Shown: positions 8,768 to 17,950 of the stretch, piece after piece
Layout: each line of letters starts with the position of its first letter
How positions within the stretch are numbered: the stretch's first letter is position 1
DNA from: Myxococcota bacterium
GTDB taxonomy: Bacteria; Myxococcota_A; UBA9160; JAFDDA01
Direction of reading: 5' to 3'
Length of the DNA stretch: 64,000 nt
Assembly: GCA_965228475.1 (NCBI GenBank)
Contig: OZ245817.1
Location: 4,128,001-4,192,000 of the forward strand
Made by a program: the position numbers and the translations under genes
Notes under the pieces: model-generated
What the model was told of the DNA's origin: nothing
The model's input: the letters and a program-made list of their open reading frames with translations, nothing else
The model's database searches: none

Positions 8768-8800
8768 CCGCCCCGTGAGCTCCGCTCACGGGGCGGCTTC
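8768..8800 (+). terminator. Hairpin after PEP-CTERM gene (terminator or stabiliser)
   Basis: CCGCCCCGTGAGC-TCC-GCTCACGGGGCGG, perfect 13-bp stem, weak U-tract. Confidence 0.6.
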
Positions 8801-8822
8801 GTTCTCAATCAAGGAGACCCTC

Positions 8823-10244
8823 ATGTTCCGAGCACCCATCCACTCCGCCGCGCTCTTGATCCTGGCCGGGAGCCTGTGTGGCGCCGGCTGCAAGCCCGCT
8901 GCCGACGTCAACAAGGACGGCGTGGTCGACCAGCTCGACGTCGACGCGGTCGTCGCCTGCCTGGGGCTCACACCCCAAGCGCACCCGGAGTGCGCTCCCG
9001 CCAACGTCATCGCCGACGGACTGGTCGACCTCGCCGACCGCAACTTCGTCTACTCCCGAAAGCACGACCTCGAGTGCAACGGGGCAGCGCATCTCTGCGA
9101 TCGGCGCTTCGACGCCGTGGCCTACCCGATGACGCACAACGCCTACAGCACCCAGGCCGACGGCTACATCGCACCCAACCAATACCTCTCGATGGCACAG
9201 CAGCTCCAGGACGGCATCCGGGCCATGGAGCTCGACATCTATTCCTACCAAGGGCAGACCGTGATGTGTCACGGGACCGGCGGCGCCTGCCTGGTCGGCG
9301 GGTCCCGGAGCCTGGTCGACGGCCTCGTCGACATCCGGAACTTCCTCGATGCGAATCTCGGCGAGATCGTGGCCCTGCACTTCGAGGCCTTCGTCAGCCA
9401 AGAGGACGCGGCCGCCGCGTTCGCCCAGGCGGGCCTGCTCGGCTACACGCACGTCCCGAACATCGGGGAACCCTGGCCCACTCTGCGCAAGATGATCGAA
9501 CGCGGAGAACGGCTCGTCGTCCTGACCACGGACCCCACGGGAGGCTACCCCTGGTACCGCTTCAACTGGGACTTCACTTTCACGACGCCCTATGAAGCCT
9601 TCGCCATCGCCAACTTCAGTTGCGACTTTCTCTCGGGCGCCCCCTGGGCGACACTCTTCCAGCTCCCGCACTTCCTGACCCAGTTCGGGCCGGCGCCCCT
9701 CGCGGCCCCGACCGTCAACGCCAACCCGTTCTTCCTCGGCCGCGTGCTCGAGTGCGAGGGCGCCCGCAACCATTTTCCGAACTTCGTGAGCGTCGATTTC
9801 TACGACGTCGGCGACCTGTTCGAAGTCGTGGCTCATCTGAACGGCGAGTGGACGATCTTCGAATCGGAGAGCGACTTCTCTCACGGGATCGGAAGGGCCG
9901 ACGAGGACGGCTGGTCGGCATCCACGACCGAAGACGCCGAGGGACACCTGAGCTTCGGCCCGTACACGACGGAGCTATCCCCCGGCCTGCACGTCGCCTA
10001 CTACCGGCTGATGATCGACGACAACGACGCCGACGACCTCGCCGTGGTCGACATCGACGTCTACGATGCGACCGCGGGGCAGGTTCTCGCCCACAAGCCG
10101 GTCACCCGCCGCCAGTTCGATGCCACCTACGAGTACCAGGACTTCGTCCTGTCCTTCGACGTCCCGGCTGGCCACGAGATCGAGTTCCGCACCTACTGGC
10201 ACGACGTCGCCTACATCCGCCAGGACCACGTGGCCGTCCGCTGA
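8823..10244 (+). CDS. Lipoprotein: dockerin/EF-hand-like motif + PI-PLC (PLC-X)-like domain + C-terminal beta-sandwich
   Basis: AAGGAG RBS; lipobox GAGC; DVNKDGVVDQLD; CNG...LCDRRFD...PMTHNAY, QLQDGIRAMELD, CHG and PNFVSVDFY typical of PLC-X-like proteins. Confidence 0.85.
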   Translation: MFRAPIHSAALLILAGSLCGAGCKPAADVNKDGVVDQLDVDAVVACLGLTPQAHPECAPANVIADGLVDLADRNFVYSRKHDLECNGAAHLCDRRFDAVAYPMTHNAYSTQADGYIAPNQYLSMAQQLQDGIRAMELDIYSYQGQTVMCHGTGGACLVGGSRSLVDGLVDIRNFLDANLGEIVALHFEAFVSQEDAAAAFAQAGLLGYTHVPNIGEPWPTLRKMIERGERLVVLTTDPTGGYPWYRFNWDFTFTTPYEAFAIANFSCDFLSGAPWATLFQLPHFLTQFGPAPLAAPTVNANPFFLGRVLECEGARNHFPNFVSVDFYDVGDLFEVVAHLNGEWTIFESESDFSHGIGRADEDGWSASTTEDAEGHLSFGPYTTELSPGLHVAYYRLMIDDNDADDLAVVDIDVYDATAGQVLAHKPVTRRQFDATYEYQDFVLSFDVPAGHEIEFRTYWHDVAYIRQDHVAVR

Positions 10245-10250
10245 ACGGGC

Positions 10251-10721
10251 TCAGGCCGCCTCGGCCATCCGCCCCTCGCCTGCCGCCAGCGCGGCGGGCG
10301 AGGGGATCAGGGTCTCGCGCCGGATCTCGAGCACGCCGAGCTTCTCGAGCAGCAGACAGAAGCCATAGCCGATGTCGACCTCCCACTTGGTGAAGGAGAA
10401 CTTCGCCGAGGTCGCGTAGCGGTGGTGGTTGTTCTGGAAGCCCTCGCCGAAGATCAACCAGGCGGCGAAGTGGTTGTTGCGCGAGTTGTCGTTCGTCTCG
10501 AAGTTCCGGCCGCCCACGGCGTGGCCGAGGGTGTTGACGATCCAGCCCTCGATCGGGTGGCTCATGATCCCGGAGTAGTAGGCCGCGGCGAGGAGCCACA
10601 TGCCGGTCGGGATGGCGATGGCCAGGGCGATCGCGGCGTGGGCGACGTAGGGAAGCATCCAGAGGCGGTTCCGGTTCAGCCAGTGGATCGGGAAATCGAG
10701 GTCCTCGACCCCGCGCGTGTA
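10251..10721 (-). pseudogene. 3' fragment of fatty-acid desaturase (duplicate of 30627-31097)
   Basis: 471 bp at about 96% identity to the 3' part of the intact gene; lacks the first two His boxes; homology ends exactly at the 31-bp repeat. Confidence 0.9.
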
Positions 10722-10752
10722 GGACGTCATGGGATGGTCAAGAAGTCATCAG
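10722..10752. repeat. 31-bp direct repeat, copy 2
   Basis: Identical to 4299-4329; overlaps the stop of the 10738-11442 gene and supplies an ATG in frame with the desaturase fragment. Confidence 0.95.
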
Positions 10753-11442
10753 CTTCCGGGCAGGCTGGAGTCGAAGTGCGGCAAGACCGCCGACGGCCAT
10801 CAGGAGGAAGGCCCCCGGTTCCGGAAGCGCCGTCACGGCGATGGTTCCGGCGACGGAACCCTGGACGGGAGCCTGCGCGGCCACCAGTGCGCCCACGTCC
10901 TGGGCCGCCGCCGAGAGAGCGACGCTCAGGTCGAGGTCGAGCCCGAAGGCCAGATCGTCGAGAGACGGGTACGCGCCGGGAGACGAGAGCTGAACGTTGC
11001 TCACCTCCGGAGAGACCATTGGAGCCAACACCCCCGACCCCCCGACGGCGAGGAACTGGCCGGGGTCGAAGTTCGCGGTCAGGACGAGTTGATCCGCGTG
11101 ATCCCGGATGCTGAGCGAGTAGGTGAGTGTGTCGTCGATCTCGAAGAAGTACACCGAACCGAACTGGCTGAAGAGCCCGGTCAGAACGACGTCGTCGAGT
11201 CCGACGGAGAAACCGAGCGGGAGGGGATCGGGCACGTCTGCGTTGTCACGTGCGGCGGTGATCTCGAGGTCGTCGCCGAAGTCGATCACCAGGCCCTGAA
11301 CCAGGAAGCTCCCGTTGCTCGAGGCGAAATCCACCTGCGCCAGAGCGAAGGCGTTCCCGGACCCGAGCGAAGCCAGCCCGAGGGCGAGCCCGAGGAGCAC
11401 CCTGCGGGCGAGTCCGGGTTTGATTCGATCGGCAGCATTCAT
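10738..11442 (-). CDS. PEP-CTERM protein
   Basis: GAGGAGG RBS; signal peptide ending AFA; C-terminal LPEPGAFLLMAVGGLAALRL. Confidence 0.85.
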   Translation of the reverse strand: MNAADRIKPGLARRVLLGLALGLASLGSGNAFALAQVDFASSNGSFLVQGLVIDFGDDLEITAARDNADVPDPLPLGFSVGLDDVVLTGLFSQFGSVYFFEIDDTLTYSLSIRDHADQLVLTANFDPGQFLAVGGSGVLAPMVSPEVSNVQLSSPGAYPSLDDLAFGLDLDLSVALSAAAQDVGALVAAQAPVQGSVAGTIAVTALPEPGAFLLMAVGGLAALRLQPARKLMTS

Positions 11443-11561
11443 CGGGTGTCCTCCTCGCTGAGAAGCCCCGGGGCGAGGAGGCCGCGAATCGCCGGAGGCG
11501 CCGCGCTCCACCCTCCCCAGGGTTCGAACCCGGTTTACCGCGTGGAGGGCATCCGGAATAC

Positions 11562-11593
11562 GACCGGAATGAAATCGTCAGGATCTCCTCATG
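11562..11593 (-). promoter_or_regulatory. Diverged homologue of the 31-bp element (TGA motif at 11-bp period)
   Basis: Minus strand CATGAGGAGATCCTGACGATTTCATTCCGGTC, about 20/32 identical to the 4299 element and at a similar distance (~120 bp) from its ATG. Confidence 0.5.
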
Positions 11594-13987
11594 TCACCGA
11601 GAGCCTCCGGAGTGGACCGCGAGGCCAGCCCGCGCCGCGAGCATCTCCGAGCGCGCTTCTTCTGCTTGGCCGAACGCTCCGGGAACGCGCAGGGCTGCCT
11701 CGAAGGCGGCCGCGGCGGAGCGGTTCCGCCAGTCCCGTCGGAGTGCCAGGCCGAGCCGGTAGAAATACGTCGGCTCCGGCGCTCCGTTGGCCCCGGCGAG
11801 GTCCGCGGCACGGGCGAGCTGCGCCACGGAGGCGGGAACCAAGCCCCGCTGGAGCAGGGCCCAGCCGAGGACGTGATTCGCTTTCGCGTCGTCGGGGAAC
11901 GCGGCCACGCCGTCGGCGGCCAGCCGGTGGGCCCGTTCGGCGTCCGACCCGCGTTTCAGGAGCGCTTCAGCCAGTCGGACCTTCGCCACCGGCGAGTCGC
12001 TGACGGCGAGCACCCGTTCGAGCTGCTGCTCTGCCTCTTCATCTTCCCCCATGGCTTGCAACAGCTCAGAGAGGACGACCCGGCCCTCTTCGGAGAGGGA
12101 GCCCACACGATCGGCTTCGTGAAGCAGTGCGATGGATTCCTCGGGAGCCCGGTCTTCCGTGTGGAGTGCGACGAGCAGCGATATCGCCTGCCGACTGGCC
12201 GGCGCCACGCGGAGCGCGCGGTGCAGATCCTCGCGGGCCTCTTCGATTCGGCCCAGGCCGAGGAGGATGTCAGCGCGCAGGACGAGCAGGCGCTCGTATC
12301 CGGATGCCGGGTCCCCGATCCTGCGCGAGATCGTTTCGATCGCCCGCTCGGGCGTGGTCACGGCTTCGATGCGGGCAAGCGTCTCGACCAGCGAGAGGTC
12401 GTCGACTCCGGCGACCAGATGGCGTCGGAGGCGAGCACCGCCGCTCCCTGCCCGCTCTTGCTCTTCGCGACGGGCGAGGAAGACGAGAGCACCGACGTGC
12501 GGCGGATCGCCGGCAGCGATCACTTCGAGGAGCTGCCTGGCCTCCCGCCACTTGCCGCGGGCGTCCCAGGCCTCGGCCAGCACCAGCCGCTCATCCGGTG
12601 TCAGCGCGCGGAGGCGCCAGACCCGCCAGAGATCCCGCTCGGCCGCGCGGTGGTCGCGGGAGGCCGCATGCATTCGGGCTCGCAGCGAGAGAGCCTGGTC
12701 GACGTGCGACAGCGCCGTTCGCCCGCTCGCCGCGACGGCCGGCAAGCGAAACAGGCGATCGATGCTCTCGCGCGCCCGGTGGAGATCTCCGGCGCGCAGC
12801 GCCGCGGCGGCATGGAGACCCACCAGGACCGGATCCCGGCTCTCGGATGAGAACGTGCGGATCGCGCGCTCGGCGGCACCGGGCCGGGAGCGCGCGAGGG
12901 CCTTGCGGGCCTGGGTCCGCAGCGTCTCCGGGCGGGCCGCATGGGATCGCTCCAAGCGGCTGAGGATGCGATCGAACGCCGGCCCGTCCCGCGCGGCGAG
13001 GTGAACCTCCGCCAGCAGCTCGAGGACGGCCGGGTCGTCGTCTGCACCCGCGAGCCGTTCGACCCTCCGCGCCGCGCGACGTACGGCACCGTCCCGGAGG
13101 AAGCGGCGAACGGACTCGAGAGCGCTCTCGTGACCCGTCTCAGGCGTCTCGAGCGCGGTCGTGAGTTCCTCGTTCGCCTCGCTCAGCTCGAGCGCGAGCC
13201 AGGTCTCGGGGTCGGGTGCACGGTCTGCAAGGGCAAGCGACAGCAGCATCGCCCGCACGTCGATAGGCCGGTCGCGGAAGAGGCCGGGGGGGACACGTCG
13301 CACCAGACGTTCCGACTCACCCTCCGCCCCTCCTTCCCGGAGCGAGCGCAGCGCCCGCCCGTGGTACTCGAGAGCCTGGTCGCCGGCCGGGTCGAACAAG
13401 AACTGCGCGATGGCGGCGCCGAACCATGCGCGCCAGGCCGGAATCGATACGGGGGCGGCTGCGGCCCTTCGGAAGTGCTCGATCGCCTCGCGAGCGTCGG
13501 CTGGCGACTCACCCGATGGAAAGCGGATGGCCCTGGCCAAGAGCCCATGGGCCAGGGCGAAGTGCAGGTCACCATGGCCTTCGTGCATGGCCAGCTCCCG
13601 GCGTGCGATGGCCAGGCCGCCGGCGAGGTCTCCCAGCCCGACATCGGCCCGCGCCACGATCGACCAAGCTTCCGGATCCGAAGGGCGGCGTTCGAGCACC
13701 CGATCTGCGAGGAGACGAGCCCCCACCGGATCGTGTTTCAGGAGAATTCGCGCCTGCCACAGGATCAGCTCGTCACGCTCTGGCACGGACCGAAGGGCAT
13801 GGGTGAGCGCGGCAACGGCGAGCGCATCGTCTCCGGCTCGATGGCGCTCACGGGCGAGTGCGACGTAGCGGTCGGCGGGGTCGTCGACCGTGGCGGCGCG
13901 CGGCCCTGGATCCCGCTCCCCACAGGCCGTCAGCAGCATGACCACGACGACCCAGAGCGTTCCGCAGTGCCGAAGACGGCTCGTCAT
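11594..13987 (-). CDS. TPR-repeat lipoprotein (PrsT-like)
   Basis: Lipobox LLTAC; many TPR-like helices (ANHVLGWALLQRG, YFYRLGLAL); ATGA overlap with upstream gene. Confidence 0.75.
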   Translation of the reverse strand: MTSRLRHCGTLWVVVVMLLTACGERDPGPRAATVDDPADRYVALARERHRAGDDALAVAALTHALRSVPERDELILWQARILLKHDPVGARLLADRVLERRPSDPEAWSIVARADVGLGDLAGGLAIARRELAMHEGHGDLHFALAHGLLARAIRFPSGESPADAREAIEHFRRAAAAPVSIPAWRAWFGAAIAQFLFDPAGDQALEYHGRALRSLREGGAEGESERLVRRVPPGLFRDRPIDVRAMLLSLALADRAPDPETWLALELSEANEELTTALETPETGHESALESVRRFLRDGAVRRAARRVERLAGADDDPAVLELLAEVHLAARDGPAFDRILSRLERSHAARPETLRTQARKALARSRPGAAERAIRTFSSESRDPVLVGLHAAAALRAGDLHRARESIDRLFRLPAVAASGRTALSHVDQALSLRARMHAASRDHRAAERDLWRVWRLRALTPDERLVLAEAWDARGKWREARQLLEVIAAGDPPHVGALVFLARREEQERAGSGGARLRRHLVAGVDDLSLVETLARIEAVTTPERAIETISRRIGDPASGYERLLVLRADILLGLGRIEEAREDLHRALRVAPASRQAISLLVALHTEDRAPEESIALLHEADRVGSLSEEGRVVLSELLQAMGEDEEAEQQLERVLAVSDSPVAKVRLAEALLKRGSDAERAHRLAADGVAAFPDDAKANHVLGWALLQRGLVPASVAQLARAADLAGANGAPEPTYFYRLGLALRRDWRNRSAAAAFEAALRVPGAFGQAEEARSEMLAARAGLAVHSGGSR

Positions 13988-16434
13988 CGCCCGATGGGTC
14001 GCAGCGGCCTTCCCTCGCGGGCCCCCTGGATCTGCGCGGCGATGTCCGTCCGCTCGACGAGACTCGGATCGATCTGCAACGCCAGCTCGAAGGCCTCGAG
14101 CGCGGCGCGGTTGCGCTGGCTGCCGCGGCGCGCCACCCCGAGGTCGTACGCGTACTGCGGCCGGTCGAGCCCCCGGTTCGTCGCCATCTCGACGGCGCGC
14201 GCGAGCGCTTGCTCCGCCCCGTACCAATCGCGCTCGTGCATCAGGACGACGCCCAGCGTGTGCTGAACCTCCGGTGTATCGGCCAGCGCCTTGGCCGCCT
14301 GCTCGGCGTAGGGCCGCGCCTCGCTCGGACTCCCTCGCTCGTGGAGATGCAGCCAGGCCAGATTGTTCGCGGCGACGTCGGCTTCGGGGCCCCTCTCCTG
14401 GACGATCCGTTCGAGCTGGGCCATCGCCGGAGCCATGCGATCCGCTTCGATCAATAGCTGGGCGAGGGCGAGCCGACCCCTGCCAGTGAGCCTCGGTTCG
14501 ACCGCGAGCAGGGTCTCGAGGGCGCGCGGCACATCGCCTGCCTCGCGTCGCAAGGCGGCCAGTCCGAGCGCCGTTTCGCCGTCGTCGGGGTGCCGGCCCA
14601 GACGCGCCTCGAGCATTCGAATCGCCTCCGCCGGCCTCCCGACGCCGCGCAGGGCCTCTGCTCTCATCCGAACGAAGAGTCCGGAAGGATCCGCCTCCTC
14701 TTCGACGGAATCGAGCCAGGCCAGCGCCTCCGCAGGCTTCTCCGCCGCGAGGGCGCGAGCGGCCAACCGGGCCCAGGCGGTGGGTCCGAGGGGCCCGGCG
14801 GTGGCAGGCTCTTCGGTCCACCGAGCCTGCGCTCCGTAGCGCGCCAACGCGAGGACGACGGCTTCCGGCGGGCGTTCGATCGACTCGACCCACTCGAAGA
14901 TGCGCTGGGCCGCCTCATCGTCCCCGTTCTCGGCGAGGCAGGTTCCCAGGAGAACCAGATCGCTGACCGCGAGCTCCTGGGCGCGATGAACCTCCGCGAG
15001 CAGGGGCAGGCCGGCCTCGCAGCCGTCGAGACCGTGGAGGATGCGCGCGCCGGTCGCCGCAACGCGGGCAGAGTCGGGCGCAGCCCGGCGTGCAGCGGCG
15101 ACGCTCCGGCGTGCCGCATCCGCATTTCCGAGTGCGTTCTCGGCCAGGGCCAGAAGCCGCCAAAGCTCACCGTCGTCGTGGTCGCCCGCTGCGGTACGGA
15201 GCTTCGGAAGCTCCGCAGCCGCCTTCCCCGTGGCCAAGGCGATCCGCGCACGCATGCGCGCAACCGGGAGGCTCCCGGGTCGTTCCCTCGAAAGGTCTTC
15301 GGTGAGGGCAGCGACCTCTTCGAATCGCCCGGTCGTAAGCCATAGCTCCGCGAGGCGTTCGGCTGGCCGTAGATCTCGCGGAGCCGCTTCACGCAGTTTC
15401 AACAGCTCGGCTTCGGCCTCGTCGAGCCGCCCGGCCCTGAGCTTCCACTGGGCGGACTCGATCGCCAGCGTGACGTCGTCCGGCCGTTGCTTGCGCGACC
15501 GCTCGAAGAAGGTCTCCGCGGCCGCCGGGCCCTCCGTCGCCTCTTCGAGCCGCGCGATCTGGCGCCAGCCGATCGCGAGGGACTCGCTCGCGAGGAGCGT
15601 CGCCAGCGATTCCCTCCGCAATACGGCGTTCTCGCTGGCCACGGCGTGCAGGTAGGCGGTGGACGTCACCGCCACGACCGCGCCCGGAGGCGCTTCCCGA
15701 GCTGCAGCCAGCGCGTGACGGAAGGCGTCGATGGTGTCGGGGCGGTCCGCCAACGCGGCGACCTGGGCGAGGCCGAGGCGGGGTTGCCAGCGGTCCCCTT
15801 CGCTCGCCAGGGCGTCGGCCCGCGCGAACGCCTCCTCCGCTTCGCCGACCAGGCTCGCCTGTCCCTCCGTCAGGGGCAGGGCCTGCCGGAGCTCGAGCAG
15901 GATTGCAGCGCCGAGGGTCTGGTTCTCCTGGTATCCGTCCGCGCGGGCGCGGGCTTCGCGAGCCGCCTGGAGGGCCGACGCCGCATCTCCGCGCAAGAGC
16001 AGAAGTCGCGCGAGCAAGGCGTGGGCTCCGGCTTGCTCTGGATCGGCGGCGAGCAGCGTCCGAACCTCGGCAAGCCCTTCTTCCGGAGCATCCCTGGCAA
16101 GGAGCTCGGCCCGCGCGAGCCGCGCATCCGGCCGCGCCGGGTCGAGACGCAGCACCTCGCCGTAGTAGAAAACGGCGTCCGCGAGCCGCCCGTTCGACGC
16201 GGACAGCTCGGCGACCAACCGGTTCGTCTCCACGTCGAGCGGCCTGTTGCGCAGGGCCTGCCTCGCTTCGATGTAGGCCTCGCGGAGCGCACCGTCGGCT
16301 TGAAGTTCGAGAGCGCGGGTGAAGGCATCCTCGCCTTCCCGCGCACCGGAGCCGCAAGCCAAGGCGGCCAGGGCTCCGGCGACGGAAAGGCACTTCACGA
16401 CTGAGCCTGATTTGACCCGGTCTCCCCGTGCCAT
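13984..16434 (-). CDS. TPR-repeat lipoprotein (PrsT-like)
   Basis: Lipobox ALAC; TPRs; C-terminal ANNLAWL...VQHTLG pattern typical of PEP-CTERM-system PrsT. Confidence 0.78.
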   Translation of the reverse strand: MARGDRVKSGSVVKCLSVAGALAALACGSGAREGEDAFTRALELQADGALREAYIEARQALRNRPLDVETNRLVAELSASNGRLADAVFYYGEVLRLDPARPDARLARAELLARDAPEEGLAEVRTLLAADPEQAGAHALLARLLLLRGDAASALQAAREARARADGYQENQTLGAAILLELRQALPLTEGQASLVGEAEEAFARADALASEGDRWQPRLGLAQVAALADRPDTIDAFRHALAAAREAPPGAVVAVTSTAYLHAVASENAVLRRESLATLLASESLAIGWRQIARLEEATEGPAAAETFFERSRKQRPDDVTLAIESAQWKLRAGRLDEAEAELLKLREAAPRDLRPAERLAELWLTTGRFEEVAALTEDLSRERPGSLPVARMRARIALATGKAAAELPKLRTAAGDHDDGELWRLLALAENALGNADAARRSVAAARRAAPDSARVAATGARILHGLDGCEAGLPLLAEVHRAQELAVSDLVLLGTCLAENGDDEAAQRIFEWVESIERPPEAVVLALARYGAQARWTEEPATAGPLGPTAWARLAARALAAEKPAEALAWLDSVEEEADPSGLFVRMRAEALRGVGRPAEAIRMLEARLGRHPDDGETALGLAALRREAGDVPRALETLLAVEPRLTGRGRLALAQLLIEADRMAPAMAQLERIVQERGPEADVAANNLAWLHLHERGSPSEARPYAEQAAKALADTPEVQHTLGVVLMHERDWYGAEQALARAVEMATNRGLDRPQYAYDLGVARRGSQRNRAALEAFELALQIDPSLVERTDIAAQIQGAREGRPLRPIGR

Positions 16435-16446
16435 CCGGCGACGCCG

Positions 16447-17091
16447 CTACTCCGTCCGGGTTCGGCCGGTCCGAATTCGGCCGGCCCGGGAGCGGCCGAG
16501 AACGAAGAGCCCGAGCAAACCGGCCCCGGCCAACGCACTGCCCGCCGGCTCGGGGACGGACCACGAACCCTGCGCGAGGAAGCCTGTACCGATCGCGTCG
16601 CTCCCAGCGAAGAGGGCATCGAATACGCTGGTGATCCGATTCTCGTCCGGAAGCAGCGACGGAGTGGTACCCAGCGGAACGGTCGTAGACATGAGAACGA
16701 GGAACACGGCGTCCAACGAGGCATCGAACGCAGCGGTCGCAACCTGGGACGTATCGAGCGCCGTGCTTCCCGCACCCTGGGAACTGATCGTCGGCAGCCC
16801 ACTCGTAGTGATCGTCGTGGGGTCGAACGGCACGAGCGAATAGCCGATGGACGGAAGCTCGAGGCGAGCCTCGAGCCACTGCATCGTCGTCGGGTGGTCG
16901 TAGTCGATACCGACCGATGCGGTAACGAGATCGCCGATGGCCAACCCGGATGTTCCGGCACCAGTCGCACTGTCCGCCCAGCCGATGATCGAACCCGAGA
17001 AATTGAAAGTAACGACACCGGCTTGCGCAGGCGCCCCCGCGACGATCGAGGCCGTGAAGATTCCCACGGCAATGGCGCGAAGCATGGACAT
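16447..17091 (-). CDS. PEP-CTERM protein
   Basis: GGAGG RBS; signal peptide ending AQA then GVVTFNFSG; C-terminal VPEPAGSALAGAGLLGLFVLGRSR. Confidence 0.88.
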   Translation of the reverse strand: MSMLRAIAVGIFTASIVAGAPAQAGVVTFNFSGSIIGWADSATGAGTSGLAIGDLVTASVGIDYDHPTTMQWLEARLELPSIGYSLVPFDPTTITTSGLPTISSQGAGSTALDTSQVATAAFDASLDAVFLVLMSTTVPLGTTPSLLPDENRITSVFDALFAGSDAIGTGFLAQGSWSVPEPAGSALAGAGLLGLFVLGRSRAGRIRTGRTRTE

Positions 17092-17164
17092 GCGATCCCT
17101 CCCCTCCTGGACCGATCCAGTGGTCCAGCGATGCGCATTGTTCGCCATGCGACGAGATTTTGGT

Positions 17165-17193
17165 CTGAAGGTTCCCTGCAGGTTGACTGCAGA
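17165..17193 (-). promoter_or_regulatory. Three heptamers at exact 11-bp period upstream of PEP-CTERM gene
   Basis: Plus strand CTGAAGG (17165), CTGCAGG (17176), CTGCAGA (17187). Confidence 0.5.
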
Positions 17194-17215
17194 AGAGGCG
17201 CCGACGAGGGAGGAA

Positions 17216-17803
17216 CTACGACCCGACCAGTCGGTCCATGTAGTGGTCGAGATGCGCGAGCTGTCGCTTCGCCGTCCAGGTGTCAGGATCGAACATGGCC
17301 CGCAAGCCGATGCCGTCGACGTGCGCGGCCAGGTTGTGGGCTTCCATCTCGATGTCGATGGCCGAATCGATCAAGCCGTGTTCGATCCCCGTGCTCAACG
17401 CATGGGTGATGCCCCGGATGTAGACGACGTAGCGCGCGGTCATCTCCTCCGCGTGGCGTGCGGACGTCGCGGCGCGCGCCCAGAACGGCATCCAGACCGT
17501 CCACTCGTCGCGCGTGCGTGGGTCGAGCGGGAGCGCCAGCGCCATGGCCCCACGCAGATCCTTGGGGAAGCGATGGATGTGGCGGAGCATGCGCTCGCCC
17601 ATGGCCGAGTTGACGTACTGGAGGGCGGCCCAGAGCACCGCCTCCTTGTCGGTGAAGTAGTAGTTGACCATCCCGGTGGTGCAGGCGGCGCGCTCGGCGA
17701 TGTCCGTCATGCGGACCTCCTCGAGGCCCTTCTCGGCGATGGCCTGGGCCGCGGCCATCGCGATCCGGCTCCGTCTCTCCGCGTGATCTACGTTCTTCGG
17801 CAA
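17216..17803 (-). CDS. TetR family regulator (BetI-like C-terminus)
   Basis: TTG start; PKNVDHAERRSRIA...MTDIAERAACTTGMVNYYFTDKE HTH. Confidence 0.85.
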   Translation of the reverse strand: MPKNVDHAERRSRIAMAAAQAIAEKGLEEVRMTDIAERAACTTGMVNYYFTDKEAVLWAALQYVNSAMGERMLRHIHRFPKDLRGAMALALPLDPRTRDEWTVWMPFWARAATSARHAEEMTARYVVYIRGITHALSTGIEHGLIDSAIDIEMEAHNLAAHVDGIGLRAMFDPDTWTAKRQLAHLDHYMDRLVGS

Positions 17804-17950
17804 GCCCGCCTCGCTCGCATCTATTTGGAATCCAGGGGTTTCTCGTCCTGAAGCGTATCGTATTAATGGGTATGATTCCGGTTGTAATGATATCAGAGAG
17901 TATGATACCGGTGAATACTGCATGAAGACTGGCGAGCGAGGAGCAGACCC

